Below, piece after piece: positions 20,504 to 29,273 of a stretch of DNA of 64,000 bases. The stretch is from positions 6,016,001-6,080,000 of the forward strand of contig CBDDPY010000002.1 of assembly GCA_965232515.1 (NCBI GenBank). Direction: 5' to 3'. Positions within the stretch are counted from its first letter, which is position 1; the number at the start of each line of letters is the position of its first letter. The DNA comes from Alphaproteobacteria bacterium. Lineage in GTDB: Bacteria; Pseudomonadota; Alphaproteobacteria; GCA-2731375. The position numbers and the translations under genes are program-made. A model generated the notes under the pieces. That model was not told the DNA's origin and searched no databases. It saw only the letters and a program-made list of their open reading frames with translations.

Positions 20504-21331
20504 ATGCGTATCGCGCTTTGCAACGAGGTCGTCCGCGATCTGTCCTTTTTCGAACAATGCGAGCTGGCGGCGGGACTGGGCTATGACGGCATCGAGCTGG
20601 CGCCGTTCACGCTTGGCGAGACGCCGCATCTGCTGTCGGCCGACGATCGCGCCGCGCTGCGGCGGGTTGCCGAGGACAACGGCCTGACCATCGACAGCCT
20701 GCATTGGCTGCTGGTGACGCCCGCCGGCCTGTCGATCACGTCGCCGGACGATGGCGTGCGGGGACGCACCATCGATGTCATGTGCCGCCTGGTCGGTCTC
20801 GCGGCCGACCTCGGTTGCACCGCCATGGTGCACGGCTCGCCGGCGCAACGACAACTGGACCTGGGCGACGAGGACGCAGGCCGGGCCAGGGCGCAGGACT
20901 GTCTTGCCGCCGTCGCCGACGAGGCGGCCGCGGCCGGTATCGCCTATTGCATCGAACCGCTGGCCGGGCGCGAGACCAATTTCATCAATTCGGTGGCGGA
21001 GGCCGCCGCGCTCGTCGAGGCGATCGGCAGTCCGGGCCTGCGCACCATGGTCGATTGCAGCGCCGCTGCGGTGGACGAGGCCGAACCGGTGGCAGAGTTG
21101 CTGGACCGCTGGCTGCCGACCGGCATGATCGCCCATGTCCAGGTGAACGACCGGAACCAGCAGGGACCGGGGCAGGGTGACGACCGGTTCGCGCCGGTGT
21201 TCGCGGCGCTAGGACGGCACGGCTATGACCGCGTCGTCGCCGTCGAGCCGTTCGACTACCGGCCCGACGGCGCTACCTCGGCGGCGCGCGCTATCGGCTA
21301 TATCCGCGGCATTCTGGAGGCCTTGCCATGA
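20504..21331 (+). CDS. Sugar phosphate isomerase/epimerase (D-tagatose 3-epimerase/AP-endonuclease-2 TIM barrel)
   Basis: MRIALCNE, GYDGIELAP, CIEPL, HVQVND, VEPF. Confidence 0.88.
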   Translation: MRIALCNEVVRDLSFFEQCELAAGLGYDGIELAPFTLGETPHLLSADDRAALRRVAEDNGLTIDSLHWLLVTPAGLSITSPDDGVRGRTIDVMCRLVGLAADLGCTAMVHGSPAQRQLDLGDEDAGRARAQDCLAAVADEAAAAGIAYCIEPLAGRETNFINSVAEAAALVEAIGSPGLRTMVDCSAAAVDEAEPVAELLDRWLPTGMIAHVQVNDRNQQGPGQGDDRFAPVFAALGRHGYDRVVAVEPFDYRPDGATSAARAIGYIRGILEALP

Positions 21332-22752
21332 CGAGTACCCACGCGCCTGCGTTCAGCGTCGAGGAGGTGCGGCTCTACGAGCGCGACCAGAAGCTGCGCA
21401 TGCCGTTCCGCTTCGGCGTCGCGACGATGACGGAATCGCCGCAGGCCTATGCCCATGTCCGCATTCGCCTCGCCGACGGACGTGAGGGTTGGGGCGTCGC
21501 CGGCGAGATGCTGGCGGCGAAGTGGTTCGACAAGGATCTGTCGCTCAGCAACGAAGACAACTACCAGCAACTGCGCACGGCGCTCGGGATTGCCATCGAC
21601 GCCTACCGGGCAGCCGGGCCGGCGACGGCATTCGATCTGTTCGCCGGCAACTACCGGGCGCAGATCGACGCCGGTGCGGCGGCCAAGCTCAATCCGATCA
21701 CCGCCTGCTACGGGCCGGCGCTGCTCGACCGCGCGGTGCTGGACGCGCTCTGCCGGCTGCACGACGTATCGTTCGCGGATGCGATCCGGCGGAACCTGCC
21801 GGGCATCCGGCAGAGCGAGCTGACGCCGGATCTGGAGGATTTCGATCTCGACGCCTTCCTTGCCGGCCTGAAACCCGGCGACAGCATTCACGCGCGCCAC
21901 ACCGTGGGCATGGTCGATCCCATTACCAGCAATCCTGAGCCGGTGAATGACGGCTTACCGGAGACGCTGGCGGATGTGATCGCCACTTACGGCCATCGCT
22001 ATTTCAAGATCAAGGTCGGCGGCGACCTGACGGCCGACCTGGCGCGGCTGGCGGAGATCGCCGCGGCGCTTGACGTCATCGACGGGGAGTATCTCGTCTC
22101 GCTGGACGGCAATGAGCAGTACCGCGAGGCGTCCACCGTGATCGAGCTGCTGCGGGCGATCGCGGCGCGGCCGGAGCTGACGCGGTTCAGCGAATCCATC
22201 CTGTTCGTCGAGCAGCCGATCGCCCGGGCCGTGGCGCTGGAGGGCGATATCTGGGCGCTCAGCACCTACAAGCCGGTGATCGTCGACGAGTCCGACGGCA
22301 CGCTCGACATCTTCCCGAAGGCCAAGGAGCTTGGTTACGCCGGCGTCTCGTCGAAGACCTGCAAGGGCTTCTACAAGTCGATCCTGAACCGGGCGCGCTG
22401 CGAACGCTGGAACGCGCGGGCGGACGGGCCGCGCTATTTCATGTCGGCGGAAGACCTGACGACGCCTGCCGGCGTGACGGTGCAGCAGGACTTGGCGTTG
22501 GTCAGCCTGCTCGGCATCGGCCATGTCGAGCGCAACGGGCACCACTACATCAACGGCATGGCGTCGGCGCCGGCGGCCGAGCAGCAGGCCTTCCTGGCGA
22601 CGCACCCGGACCTCTACCACGAGGCCGACGGCACCGTGCGGCTGACGATCCGCGACGGACAGATCGCGCTTGGCTCGCTCGGCTGCGCCGGATTCGCGAC
22701 CGCGGCGATGCCGGACTTCGATTCCTTGCGTGAGATGCAGATCCCGGACTAA
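21328..22752 (+). CDS. Enolase-superfamily (mandelate racemase-like) protein
   Basis: FKIKV, LDGNE, FVEQP, IVDES, SSKTCKG. Confidence 0.8.
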   Translation: MTSTHAPAFSVEEVRLYERDQKLRMPFRFGVATMTESPQAYAHVRIRLADGREGWGVAGEMLAAKWFDKDLSLSNEDNYQQLRTALGIAIDAYRAAGPATAFDLFAGNYRAQIDAGAAAKLNPITACYGPALLDRAVLDALCRLHDVSFADAIRRNLPGIRQSELTPDLEDFDLDAFLAGLKPGDSIHARHTVGMVDPITSNPEPVNDGLPETLADVIATYGHRYFKIKVGGDLTADLARLAEIAAALDVIDGEYLVSLDGNEQYREASTVIELLRAIAARPELTRFSESILFVEQPIARAVALEGDIWALSTYKPVIVDESDGTLDIFPKAKELGYAGVSSKTCKGFYKSILNRARCERWNARADGPRYFMSAEDLTTPAGVTVQQDLALVSLLGIGHVERNGHHYINGMASAPAAEQQAFLATHPDLYHEADGTVRLTIRDGQIALGSLGCAGFATAAMPDFDSLREMQIPD

Positions 22753-22820
22753 GCCGCCCACTTGCTTCCGCAACTTGACCGACGTTCAATGAGGCAAAGC
22801 AACCGATCGCGGGAGGGGAC

Positions 22821-23663
22821 ATGCAGATCAAGCCGCTCGGCGACGTGCTCGGCGCCGAGGTCGTCGGTCTCGACCTGACGACCGATCTTGCGCCCGATGT
22901 GATTGACGCGCTCACCGACGCCTTCCTGACGCATCATCTCCTGTGCTTTCGGTCCGCGCCGTTGCCGGCGGCCGACTTCGTGCGCGTCGCTCGGCATTTC
23001 GGCGAGCCGCAATTGCAGTTGCTGCGCTATCGCTGGCACGAGGACGTGCCGGAGGTATCGTTCCTGGAGAGCACTTACAAGACCGCCGAGGACAAGCCGG
23101 ACGATTTGCGCCAGGTGCGGCTGTCGGGCTGGCACACGGACGATTCCTATTTCGCGGTGCCGGCCAAGGCGACGATGCTGCAATCGCTGGCGATCCCCGA
23201 CAGCGGCGGCGAGACCAAGTTCGCCAACACGCGGCTGGCCTATCTCGATCTGTCTGATGCGATGAAAGCGCGGATCGATGGCCGGGGCGCCGTGCATGCC
23301 TACGACACGAAGCGGGCGCCGGCGCGGGCTGAGAAACGCACGTCGGAAGAAGCCGAGGAAACGCCGGATGTCGTGCATCCGCTGGTGCGCACGCATGACA
23401 ATTCCGGCGACCGGGCGATCTACTTCAATCCGAACCGCACCGATCGGGTCGTCGGTCTCGACCGTGCCGAGAGCGATGCGCTCTTGGACGCGCTCTACGA
23501 CCACGTCACGCAGGCGCGCTATCAGTACCACCACAATTGGCGGCTCGGCGACATCTTGCTCTGGGACAACCGGTCGCTGATCCATGCCGTGAACACCGAC
23601 TTTCCGGTCGGCCAGACCCGGCGGCATCAGCGCATTTTGCTAAAGGGATCGGCGCCCGTCTGA
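22821..23663 (+). CDS. TauD/TfdA family Fe/2OG dioxygenase
   Basis: WHTDDS, GGETKFAN, HPLVRTH, WDNRSLIH. Confidence 0.92.
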   Translation: MQIKPLGDVLGAEVVGLDLTTDLAPDVIDALTDAFLTHHLLCFRSAPLPAADFVRVARHFGEPQLQLLRYRWHEDVPEVSFLESTYKTAEDKPDDLRQVRLSGWHTDDSYFAVPAKATMLQSLAIPDSGGETKFANTRLAYLDLSDAMKARIDGRGAVHAYDTKRAPARAEKRTSEEAEETPDVVHPLVRTHDNSGDRAIYFNPNRTDRVVGLDRAESDALLDALYDHVTQARYQYHHNWRLGDILLWDNRSLIHAVNTDFPVGQTRRHQRILLKGSAPV

Positions 23664-23679
23664 GCAGACCGCCGACGGC

Positions 23680-24471
23680 TCAAAAGCGATAGACGATGGC
23701 GGCGCCCGCCTCGTAGGTCACGCGCGACCCGAAATCGTCGATAAGCGGACTATCGGCGGCCTCGTCGCCGTAATACTCCACTTCGGCCTCGGCGCGGAAT
23801 TGCCAGTGATCCGAAATGTCGAAGCTGAGTTCGAGTCCGCCGGTCGCCGACTTGAAACCGCCATCCGGGTCATAGGCGCGAAACCCCGATCGACTGGCCT
23901 CGGCCTGGCTGATGCCGAATTCGGTGCGCATGTGCCGGCCGCTGGCGAAACTGATGTCGGCTTTCGGCGTCAGGGTCAGCCGGTCGCTGAAGGGATAGGC
24001 GTAGCGCGCGGCGAGGAAGCCGACCGTGCCCTTGTCCGACCGGCCGGTGTATTGCTGCAACTGCACGCCGAACTGCCATCTGTCGATGTCGTAGCGCAGG
24101 GCGGCGACGAACTCCGCGTCATCGTCGATCTCGTCGAGGTCGCGCAGCACATCATTGTCGTCGCGTTCCCGGCCTTCTTCGTATTCCACGCCGAGCTGCA
24201 ACGTGAGATCGTCGCGCAGATGCCAGAAGTACCCGATTTCCAGGAAACCGATGTAAAACCGGTCGTCGTAAACAGCGCGAAGGATCGGCTCCGCTTCGAC
24301 CTCGTAGTCGTTGGAGCCGGTGTAGTCCGGTTCGATCTCGGCGCTGAGGCCGATGGTCAGGTCGAGTCGATCCCATATGGTGGACTGATCCTGGGCAATC
24401 GCGATGGAAACCAGGAACGCGAAATAGGCGACGAAGACGGCGCCGATGAGAACAACAACGATACGTGTCAT
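23680..24471 (-). CDS. MipA/OmpV family outer-membrane protein
   Basis: Signal peptide; PDYTGSNDY, FGISQAEASRSG..AY, AADSPLI, terminal YRF. Confidence 0.88.
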   Translation of the reverse strand: MTRIVVVLIGAVFVAYFAFLVSIAIAQDQSTIWDRLDLTIGLSAEIEPDYTGSNDYEVEAEPILRAVYDDRFYIGFLEIGYFWHLRDDLTLQLGVEYEEGRERDDNDVLRDLDEIDDDAEFVAALRYDIDRWQFGVQLQQYTGRSDKGTVGFLAARYAYPFSDRLTLTPKADISFASGRHMRTEFGISQAEASRSGFRAYDPDGGFKSATGGLELSFDISDHWQFRAEAEVEYYGDEAADSPLIDDFGSRVTYEAGAAIVYRF

Positions 24472-24633
24472 TTGCCGATGTCCGTTTGCTGTGAATCCTG
24501 CAACGGCCATCGACTATGAGCATGGTGGGCGGCCCGGCAACGCGGCTTACTTGAAACGCATCGGTCATTCCCGAGTTGACGAACATGTCAATGAGACCTT
24601 AGTAAAATCAGAGACTTGTCGAATTCGCGCAGC

Positions 24634-25458
24634 ATGAAAGATCTGCCTTCCAGGATTCCGATCGGTCTTGCCTGGACGGTCGTGGTGAGTGCTTTCGCCG
24701 CGATCACGGAGACCGACCTGCCGGACGACACCAGCTTTCCCGTCGCCTTCGGCTTCTGGTTCGTTTTCTTTGGCGCCACGGTGTTTTTGATCCTGCAGAT
24801 CGACCAGTCCGTGACCCGCCTGCTGCGCGGTGTCCGCGGCGCGGCCGTCTTGCGCCCCGTTGTCACCATCGCGCTGGTCACGGTACCGGCGACGCTGTTG
24901 TCCCTGGCCTTGGATCCGCTGACGACGAATTCCGAAGAGATCGGCGTTTTGCTGCAAAGCCAGAGTCCGTTCATGGACTTCTGGCCGATCTTTCTGGACG
25001 AGATGGCGCCGGTGCTGCCGAACGTGGCGCTGGTCTGGGCATTCTTCTGGGTCGTGGACGCGCATCTGATGCGGGCCCGGAACGCGGGCGCGGCGGCAAC
25101 GGCGGCGGCGCCCCGGCCGGACACGCCGGACACTTCGGTCCAAACAGCCCCGTTGTTCCGCCGCCACCCGGAACTCGGCCAACGGCAGCTCTTAGCGATC
25201 GAAGCACAGGAACACTACATCAAGGTCTATACCGATGAGGGCGCCGATCTGATCCTCTACCGCTTCAACGACGCGGTGGAGGACCTGAAGGACTATCCTG
25301 GCCTGCGCGTGCATCGCTCGTTCTGGATCGCCAACGCCGCCGTGACCGAGGCCGTCCAGGACGGCCGCCGGGTCTTCCTGCATCTGGTGAACGGCCTGCG
25401 CATCCCGGTGAGCCAAAGCTACCTGCTGGCGGTCCGCAAGCAGGGCCTCGTGCCATAG
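24634..25458 (+). CDS. Membrane-anchored LytTR DNA-binding protein
   Basis: N-terminal TMs; AIEAQEHYIKVYT, GLRVHRSFW, IPVSQSY. Confidence 0.9.
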   Translation: MKDLPSRIPIGLAWTVVVSAFAAITETDLPDDTSFPVAFGFWFVFFGATVFLILQIDQSVTRLLRGVRGAAVLRPVVTIALVTVPATLLSLALDPLTTNSEEIGVLLQSQSPFMDFWPIFLDEMAPVLPNVALVWAFFWVVDAHLMRARNAGAAATAAAPRPDTPDTSVQTAPLFRRHPELGQRQLLAIEAQEHYIKVYTDEGADLILYRFNDAVEDLKDYPGLRVHRSFWIANAAVTEAVQDGRRVFLHLVNGLRIPVSQSYLLAVRKQGLVP

Positions 25459-25485
25459 GCGACGGCTGCCTGGCCGACTGGGGCG

Positions 25486-26514
25486 TCAGGCGGCTTGCGT
25501 CCGCGACCGGCCCTCATAGAGATCCCGCCCTGCCACCAGCGCCCGGATCTTGGCGTCCGCGATGGGGCGTTTCAGCATCCAGAAGCCGCAGTCCGGGTGG
25601 ATGTAGCGGACGCGGCCGGCGCCCAGCACGTCCTCGGCGCGCTCGATGGCCCGCGCGATGTCGTCGGCGCTCTCGATGTCGGTCTGCTTGATGTCGACGA
25701 CGCCGAGTCCCATGCCGATCTCGGTCCGCAGCTCCTTGAAGGCGGCCAGTTCCTCGACCGGACGGTGCGCGTTCTCCATGACGATATGGTCGGCGTGCAG
25801 GCTGTTGAGATAGCCGAGCAGGCGGTCCCAGGAGCCCTTCTGAATGGTCTGGCCGCCGTAATTGCCGAAGCAGAGATGCACGGCCGGCGTGCCGGGCACG
25901 GCGTCGAGCACCTTGTTGATGGCGGCGGCGGCCCAATCGGCCTCGTCCGGGTGGCCGGGCAGGTTGGCCTCGTCGAGCTGGATGACGTCGGCGTCGCAAT
26001 GCCGGACCTGCTCGGCCAGCGCCTCGGCAATGGCGTTGGCAAGCGCGGCGACATCGCCGTAGTGATGGTCGACCAGGGTCTTGGCCAGCATGTGCGGGCC
26101 GGTGACGGTGAACTTGAGTGGCTTGCTGGCGATGGCGCGAGCCTGCCGGCAGGCGACCGGCAGGTCCAGCGTGCCGCTGCCGACCGGGCCGTCGACCACG
26201 CCGGGCGGCCGGGTGCGGAACTGCATGCCGGGCTGGCTGCGGAAGGCCAGCGCCTCGTCAAAGGTGACATCCGTGCGCACGCCGGCCATAGGGCGCACGA
26301 AATACTCGATCATGCCGTTGGTTTCGGGGTGGTTGACGTCGAAGCGGTAGAGCTCGCCGTCGCAGACCAGGTCGATGCCGGCCTGTTCCTGGGTGTGGAT
26401 GACGACGCGGGTGGCGTCGGCGAGCGCCTGCTCGGACGGCAGCGCCGCCAGCCAGTCCGGCACGGGATAGGACCCGACCACGGTGGTTTTTATGCCTGTT
26501 TCGACCTCAGCCAT
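25486..26514 (-). CDS. Cobalamin-independent methionine synthase II family protein (C-terminal barrel only)
   Basis: TTVVGSYP, DGELYR, IQLDE, HLCFGNY, HPDCG zinc ligands; ~342 aa. Confidence 0.88.
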   Translation of the reverse strand: MAEVETGIKTTVVGSYPVPDWLAALPSEQALADATRVVIHTQEQAGIDLVCDGELYRFDVNHPETNGMIEYFVRPMAGVRTDVTFDEALAFRSQPGMQFRTRPPGVVDGPVGSGTLDLPVACRQARAIASKPLKFTVTGPHMLAKTLVDHHYGDVAALANAIAEALAEQVRHCDADVIQLDEANLPGHPDEADWAAAAINKVLDAVPGTPAVHLCFGNYGGQTIQKGSWDRLLGYLNSLHADHIVMENAHRPVEELAAFKELRTEIGMGLGVVDIKQTDIESADDIARAIERAEDVLGAGRVRYIHPDCGFWMLKRPIADAKIRALVAGRDLYEGRSRTQAA

Positions 26515-26525
26515 GCCGTACTCCA

Positions 26526-26547
26526 TAAGTATCCAACTGGTTACTTA
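26526..26547. promoter_or_regulatory. Putative TetR operator, copy 3 (TAAGTATCCAACTGGTTACTTA)
   Basis: 22-bp palindrome with one arm mismatch; core matches copy 1 (reverse complement) at 15/16 positions; just upstream of the RBS of the MetE-like gene. Confidence 0.75.
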
Positions 26548-26567
26548 GCATAAGCGCGACGGCATTG

Positions 26568-29204
26568 TCAGGCGAGCGATTTGCTGGCGATTTCGTAGAC
26601 GTCCTTCGACAGCTTCGGCTCGGCGAGGATGCGCTTCAGCTCGGCCTGCATCAACGCCTGACGCGCAGTATCGAAGCGCCGCCAACGGCCGAGCGGGCTG
26701 GCGAGGCGCGCGGCGACCTGCGGGTTCATGGGATCGAGCTCGAGAACCCGGTCGGCGAGGAACCGGTAGCCGGCGCCGTCGGCGGCATGGAACCGGAGCG
26801 CGTTGCCGCTCGCGAAGGCGCCGATCAGCGAGCGGACCTTGTTGGGGTTGCGGATCGAGAAGGCCTCGTGGCCGAGCAGCGCCGTGACCTGGTCGAGCGT
26901 ATCGGGCAGCGACGACATGGCCTGCACCGCGAGCCACTTGTCGATCACCACCGTGTCGCCGGCAAACCGGCGGTAGAAGTCGTCCAACGCCTCGGCGCGG
27001 GCCGGCTTGTCCTTGTTGCTGAGCAGCGCCAGGGCCGCCATCCGGTCCGTCATGTTGTTGGCGCCGCGGTATTGCTCGATGGCGAGATCGAGCATGCCCG
27101 CGTTGTCGAGCTCGACGAGATAGGCGAGCGCGCCGTTCTTCAAGGCCCGCTGGCCGGCCGACGCCGCGTCGGGCGAAAACGGCTCGTTGCTCTGGTTGCC
27201 GCGGTAGACCGTCAGCAATTGGTCTTTCAGGCGTTCGGCGATGGCGCGGCGCAGGGCCTGCCGCGCGGTGTGGATCGCGTCGACGTCGATCGTGTCCATC
27301 TGATCGCCCAGATAATCTTCAGACGGCAGCGCCAGGACCTGGGCGCGGAAGGCCTTGTCCTGGCCGTCGTCGGCGAGGCTGTGCGCCAGCGCGTCGATGA
27401 AGGCGGTATCGGCCTCGGGCGCGCTGCCGGCCTGCACGGCCTCGACCATGCCGAGCAGCATATCGGTGGCGTATTGCTGGCCCGCCTCCCAGCGGCTGAA
27501 GGGATCGGCGTCGCGCGCCATCAGGAAGGCGCGGTCGGCGGCGTTTTGGTCCGACTTGACGGTCACCGGCGCGGTGAAGTCGCGGTTGACCGATAGCACC
27601 GGCGCCGTCGCGACGTTGGCGAAGCGGAAGGTCTGCTCGGCCTCGGTCAGATGCAGGAGCGGCTCGGACGTGGCGGCGCCGTCGATCTCGACGGTCATGT
27701 CGTTGCCGCCCGTGTCGAGGAGGCCGACAGACAGCGGAATGTGCATCGGCGCCTTGTTGCTTTGGCCCGGCGTGTCGGCGAGGTGCTGCGCCACGGTGAG
27801 GTCGTAGGTCCGGGCGTCGGCGTCGTACTCGCCGCTGACCCGCAACTCGGGCGTGCCGGCCTGGCTGTACCAGAGCTTGAACTGCGAGAGGTCGGCGTTG
27901 TTGGCGTCGGCCATGGCGGCGGCGAAATCGTCGCAGGTGACGGCCTGACCGTCATGGCGCTGGAAATAGAGATCCATGCCCTTGCGGAAACCGTCGCGGC
28001 CCAACAGCCGGTGCATCATGCCGATGACCTCGGCGCCCTTCTCGTAGACCGTGGCGGTGTAGAAGTTGTTGATCTCGATATAGGAGTCGGGCCGCACGGG
28101 ATGCGCAAGCGGGCCTGAGTCCTCCTGGAATTGGCGCGCTCTCAGCGCGCGCACGTCCTGGATGCGCTTCACCGGCCGCGAACGCATGTCGGACGAGAAT
28201 TCCTGGTCGCGGAAGACCGTCAGGCCCTCCTTCAGGCTGAGCTGGAACCAGTCGCGGCAGGTGACGCGGTTGCCGGTCCAGTTGTGGAAGTATTCGTGCG
28301 CGACCACGCCCTCGATGAAGCTGTAGTCGGCGTCCGTCGCGGTCTCGGCGTTGGCGAGGATGTATTTCGAATTGAAGATGTTGAGGCTCTTGTTCTCCAT
28401 CGCGCCCATGTTGAAGTCGCCGACGGCAACGATGTTGAACAGGTCGAGGTCGTATTCCAGGCCGAACCGTTCCTCGTCCCAGCGCATGGAACGTTTCAGC
28501 GCGTCCATGGCGTAGGCGCAGCGGTCCTCGTTGCCGTGCTCGACGTAAATGCGCAGCGTGACGTCGCGGCCCGACGCGGTGGTGAACCGGTCCTCGACAT
28601 GCGCCAGGTCGCCGGCGACCAGCGCGAACAGGTAGGCCGGCTTGGGGAACGGATCGTGCCAGACCGCCATGTGGCGGCCGTCCGGCAGTTCGGCCGTCTC
28701 CAACAAATTGCCGTTCGACAGCAGCACGGGATAGGCGGCCTTGTCGGCCCGCATGGTGACGCGATAGACCGACATCACATCAGGCCGGTCTGGGAAGAAG
28801 GTGATGCGGCGGAAGCCCTCGGCCTCGCACTGGGTGCAGAAGTTGCCGCTGGAGACATACAAGCCTTCGAGCCTGGTGTTGGCCTTCGGATTGATCTCGG
28901 TCTCGACGGTCAGCGTGAAGGCGGCGGGCGGCGCGGGGATCGTCAGGCTCTCGTCGGTCAGCGCGTAGTCGCCGGGGCCGAGATCGCGGCCGTCGATGGC
29001 GATGCCGAGCAGCCTGAGCTCGTCGCCGTCGAGCACCAGTGGCGCCGGGCCGTCGCCTGCGGCGGGGTTGCGTTTCAGCTCCAGTTGCGCCGTGACGCGG
29101 GTCGCCTCGGGGATCAGGTCGAAGTCCAGCGTGACCGTCTCCACCAGATAATCCGGCGGCCTGTAGTCGGCGAGACGGATGACGGCCGGTTGATCGCTCT
29201 GCAT
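26568..29204 (-). CDS. pepN: Aminopeptidase N
   Basis: TQCEAEGFRRIT, GAMENK, HEYFHNWTG, NFYTATVYEKG. Confidence 0.97.
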   Translation of the reverse strand: MQSDQPAVIRLADYRPPDYLVETVTLDFDLIPEATRVTAQLELKRNPAAGDGPAPLVLDGDELRLLGIAIDGRDLGPGDYALTDESLTIPAPPAAFTLTVETEINPKANTRLEGLYVSSGNFCTQCEAEGFRRITFFPDRPDVMSVYRVTMRADKAAYPVLLSNGNLLETAELPDGRHMAVWHDPFPKPAYLFALVAGDLAHVEDRFTTASGRDVTLRIYVEHGNEDRCAYAMDALKRSMRWDEERFGLEYDLDLFNIVAVGDFNMGAMENKSLNIFNSKYILANAETATDADYSFIEGVVAHEYFHNWTGNRVTCRDWFQLSLKEGLTVFRDQEFSSDMRSRPVKRIQDVRALRARQFQEDSGPLAHPVRPDSYIEINNFYTATVYEKGAEVIGMMHRLLGRDGFRKGMDLYFQRHDGQAVTCDDFAAAMADANNADLSQFKLWYSQAGTPELRVSGEYDADARTYDLTVAQHLADTPGQSNKAPMHIPLSVGLLDTGGNDMTVEIDGAATSEPLLHLTEAEQTFRFANVATAPVLSVNRDFTAPVTVKSDQNAADRAFLMARDADPFSRWEAGQQYATDMLLGMVEAVQAGSAPEADTAFIDALAHSLADDGQDKAFRAQVLALPSEDYLGDQMDTIDVDAIHTARQALRRAIAERLKDQLLTVYRGNQSNEPFSPDAASAGQRALKNGALAYLVELDNAGMLDLAIEQYRGANNMTDRMAALALLSNKDKPARAEALDDFYRRFAGDTVVIDKWLAVQAMSSLPDTLDQVTALLGHEAFSIRNPNKVRSLIGAFASGNALRFHAADGAGYRFLADRVLELDPMNPQVAARLASPLGRWRRFDTARQALMQAELKRILAEPKLSKDVYEIASKSLA

Positions 29205-29273
29205 GACGGTGTCCCCACGATGGCGCTGTGCTGGGACAATAGATAGGCGAGGGGACCGGGACGGTCCAGCGCG

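Noticed and set aside
25486-26514. metE gene symbol
   Set aside because: About half the length of MetE; methionine-synthesis role not supported by context
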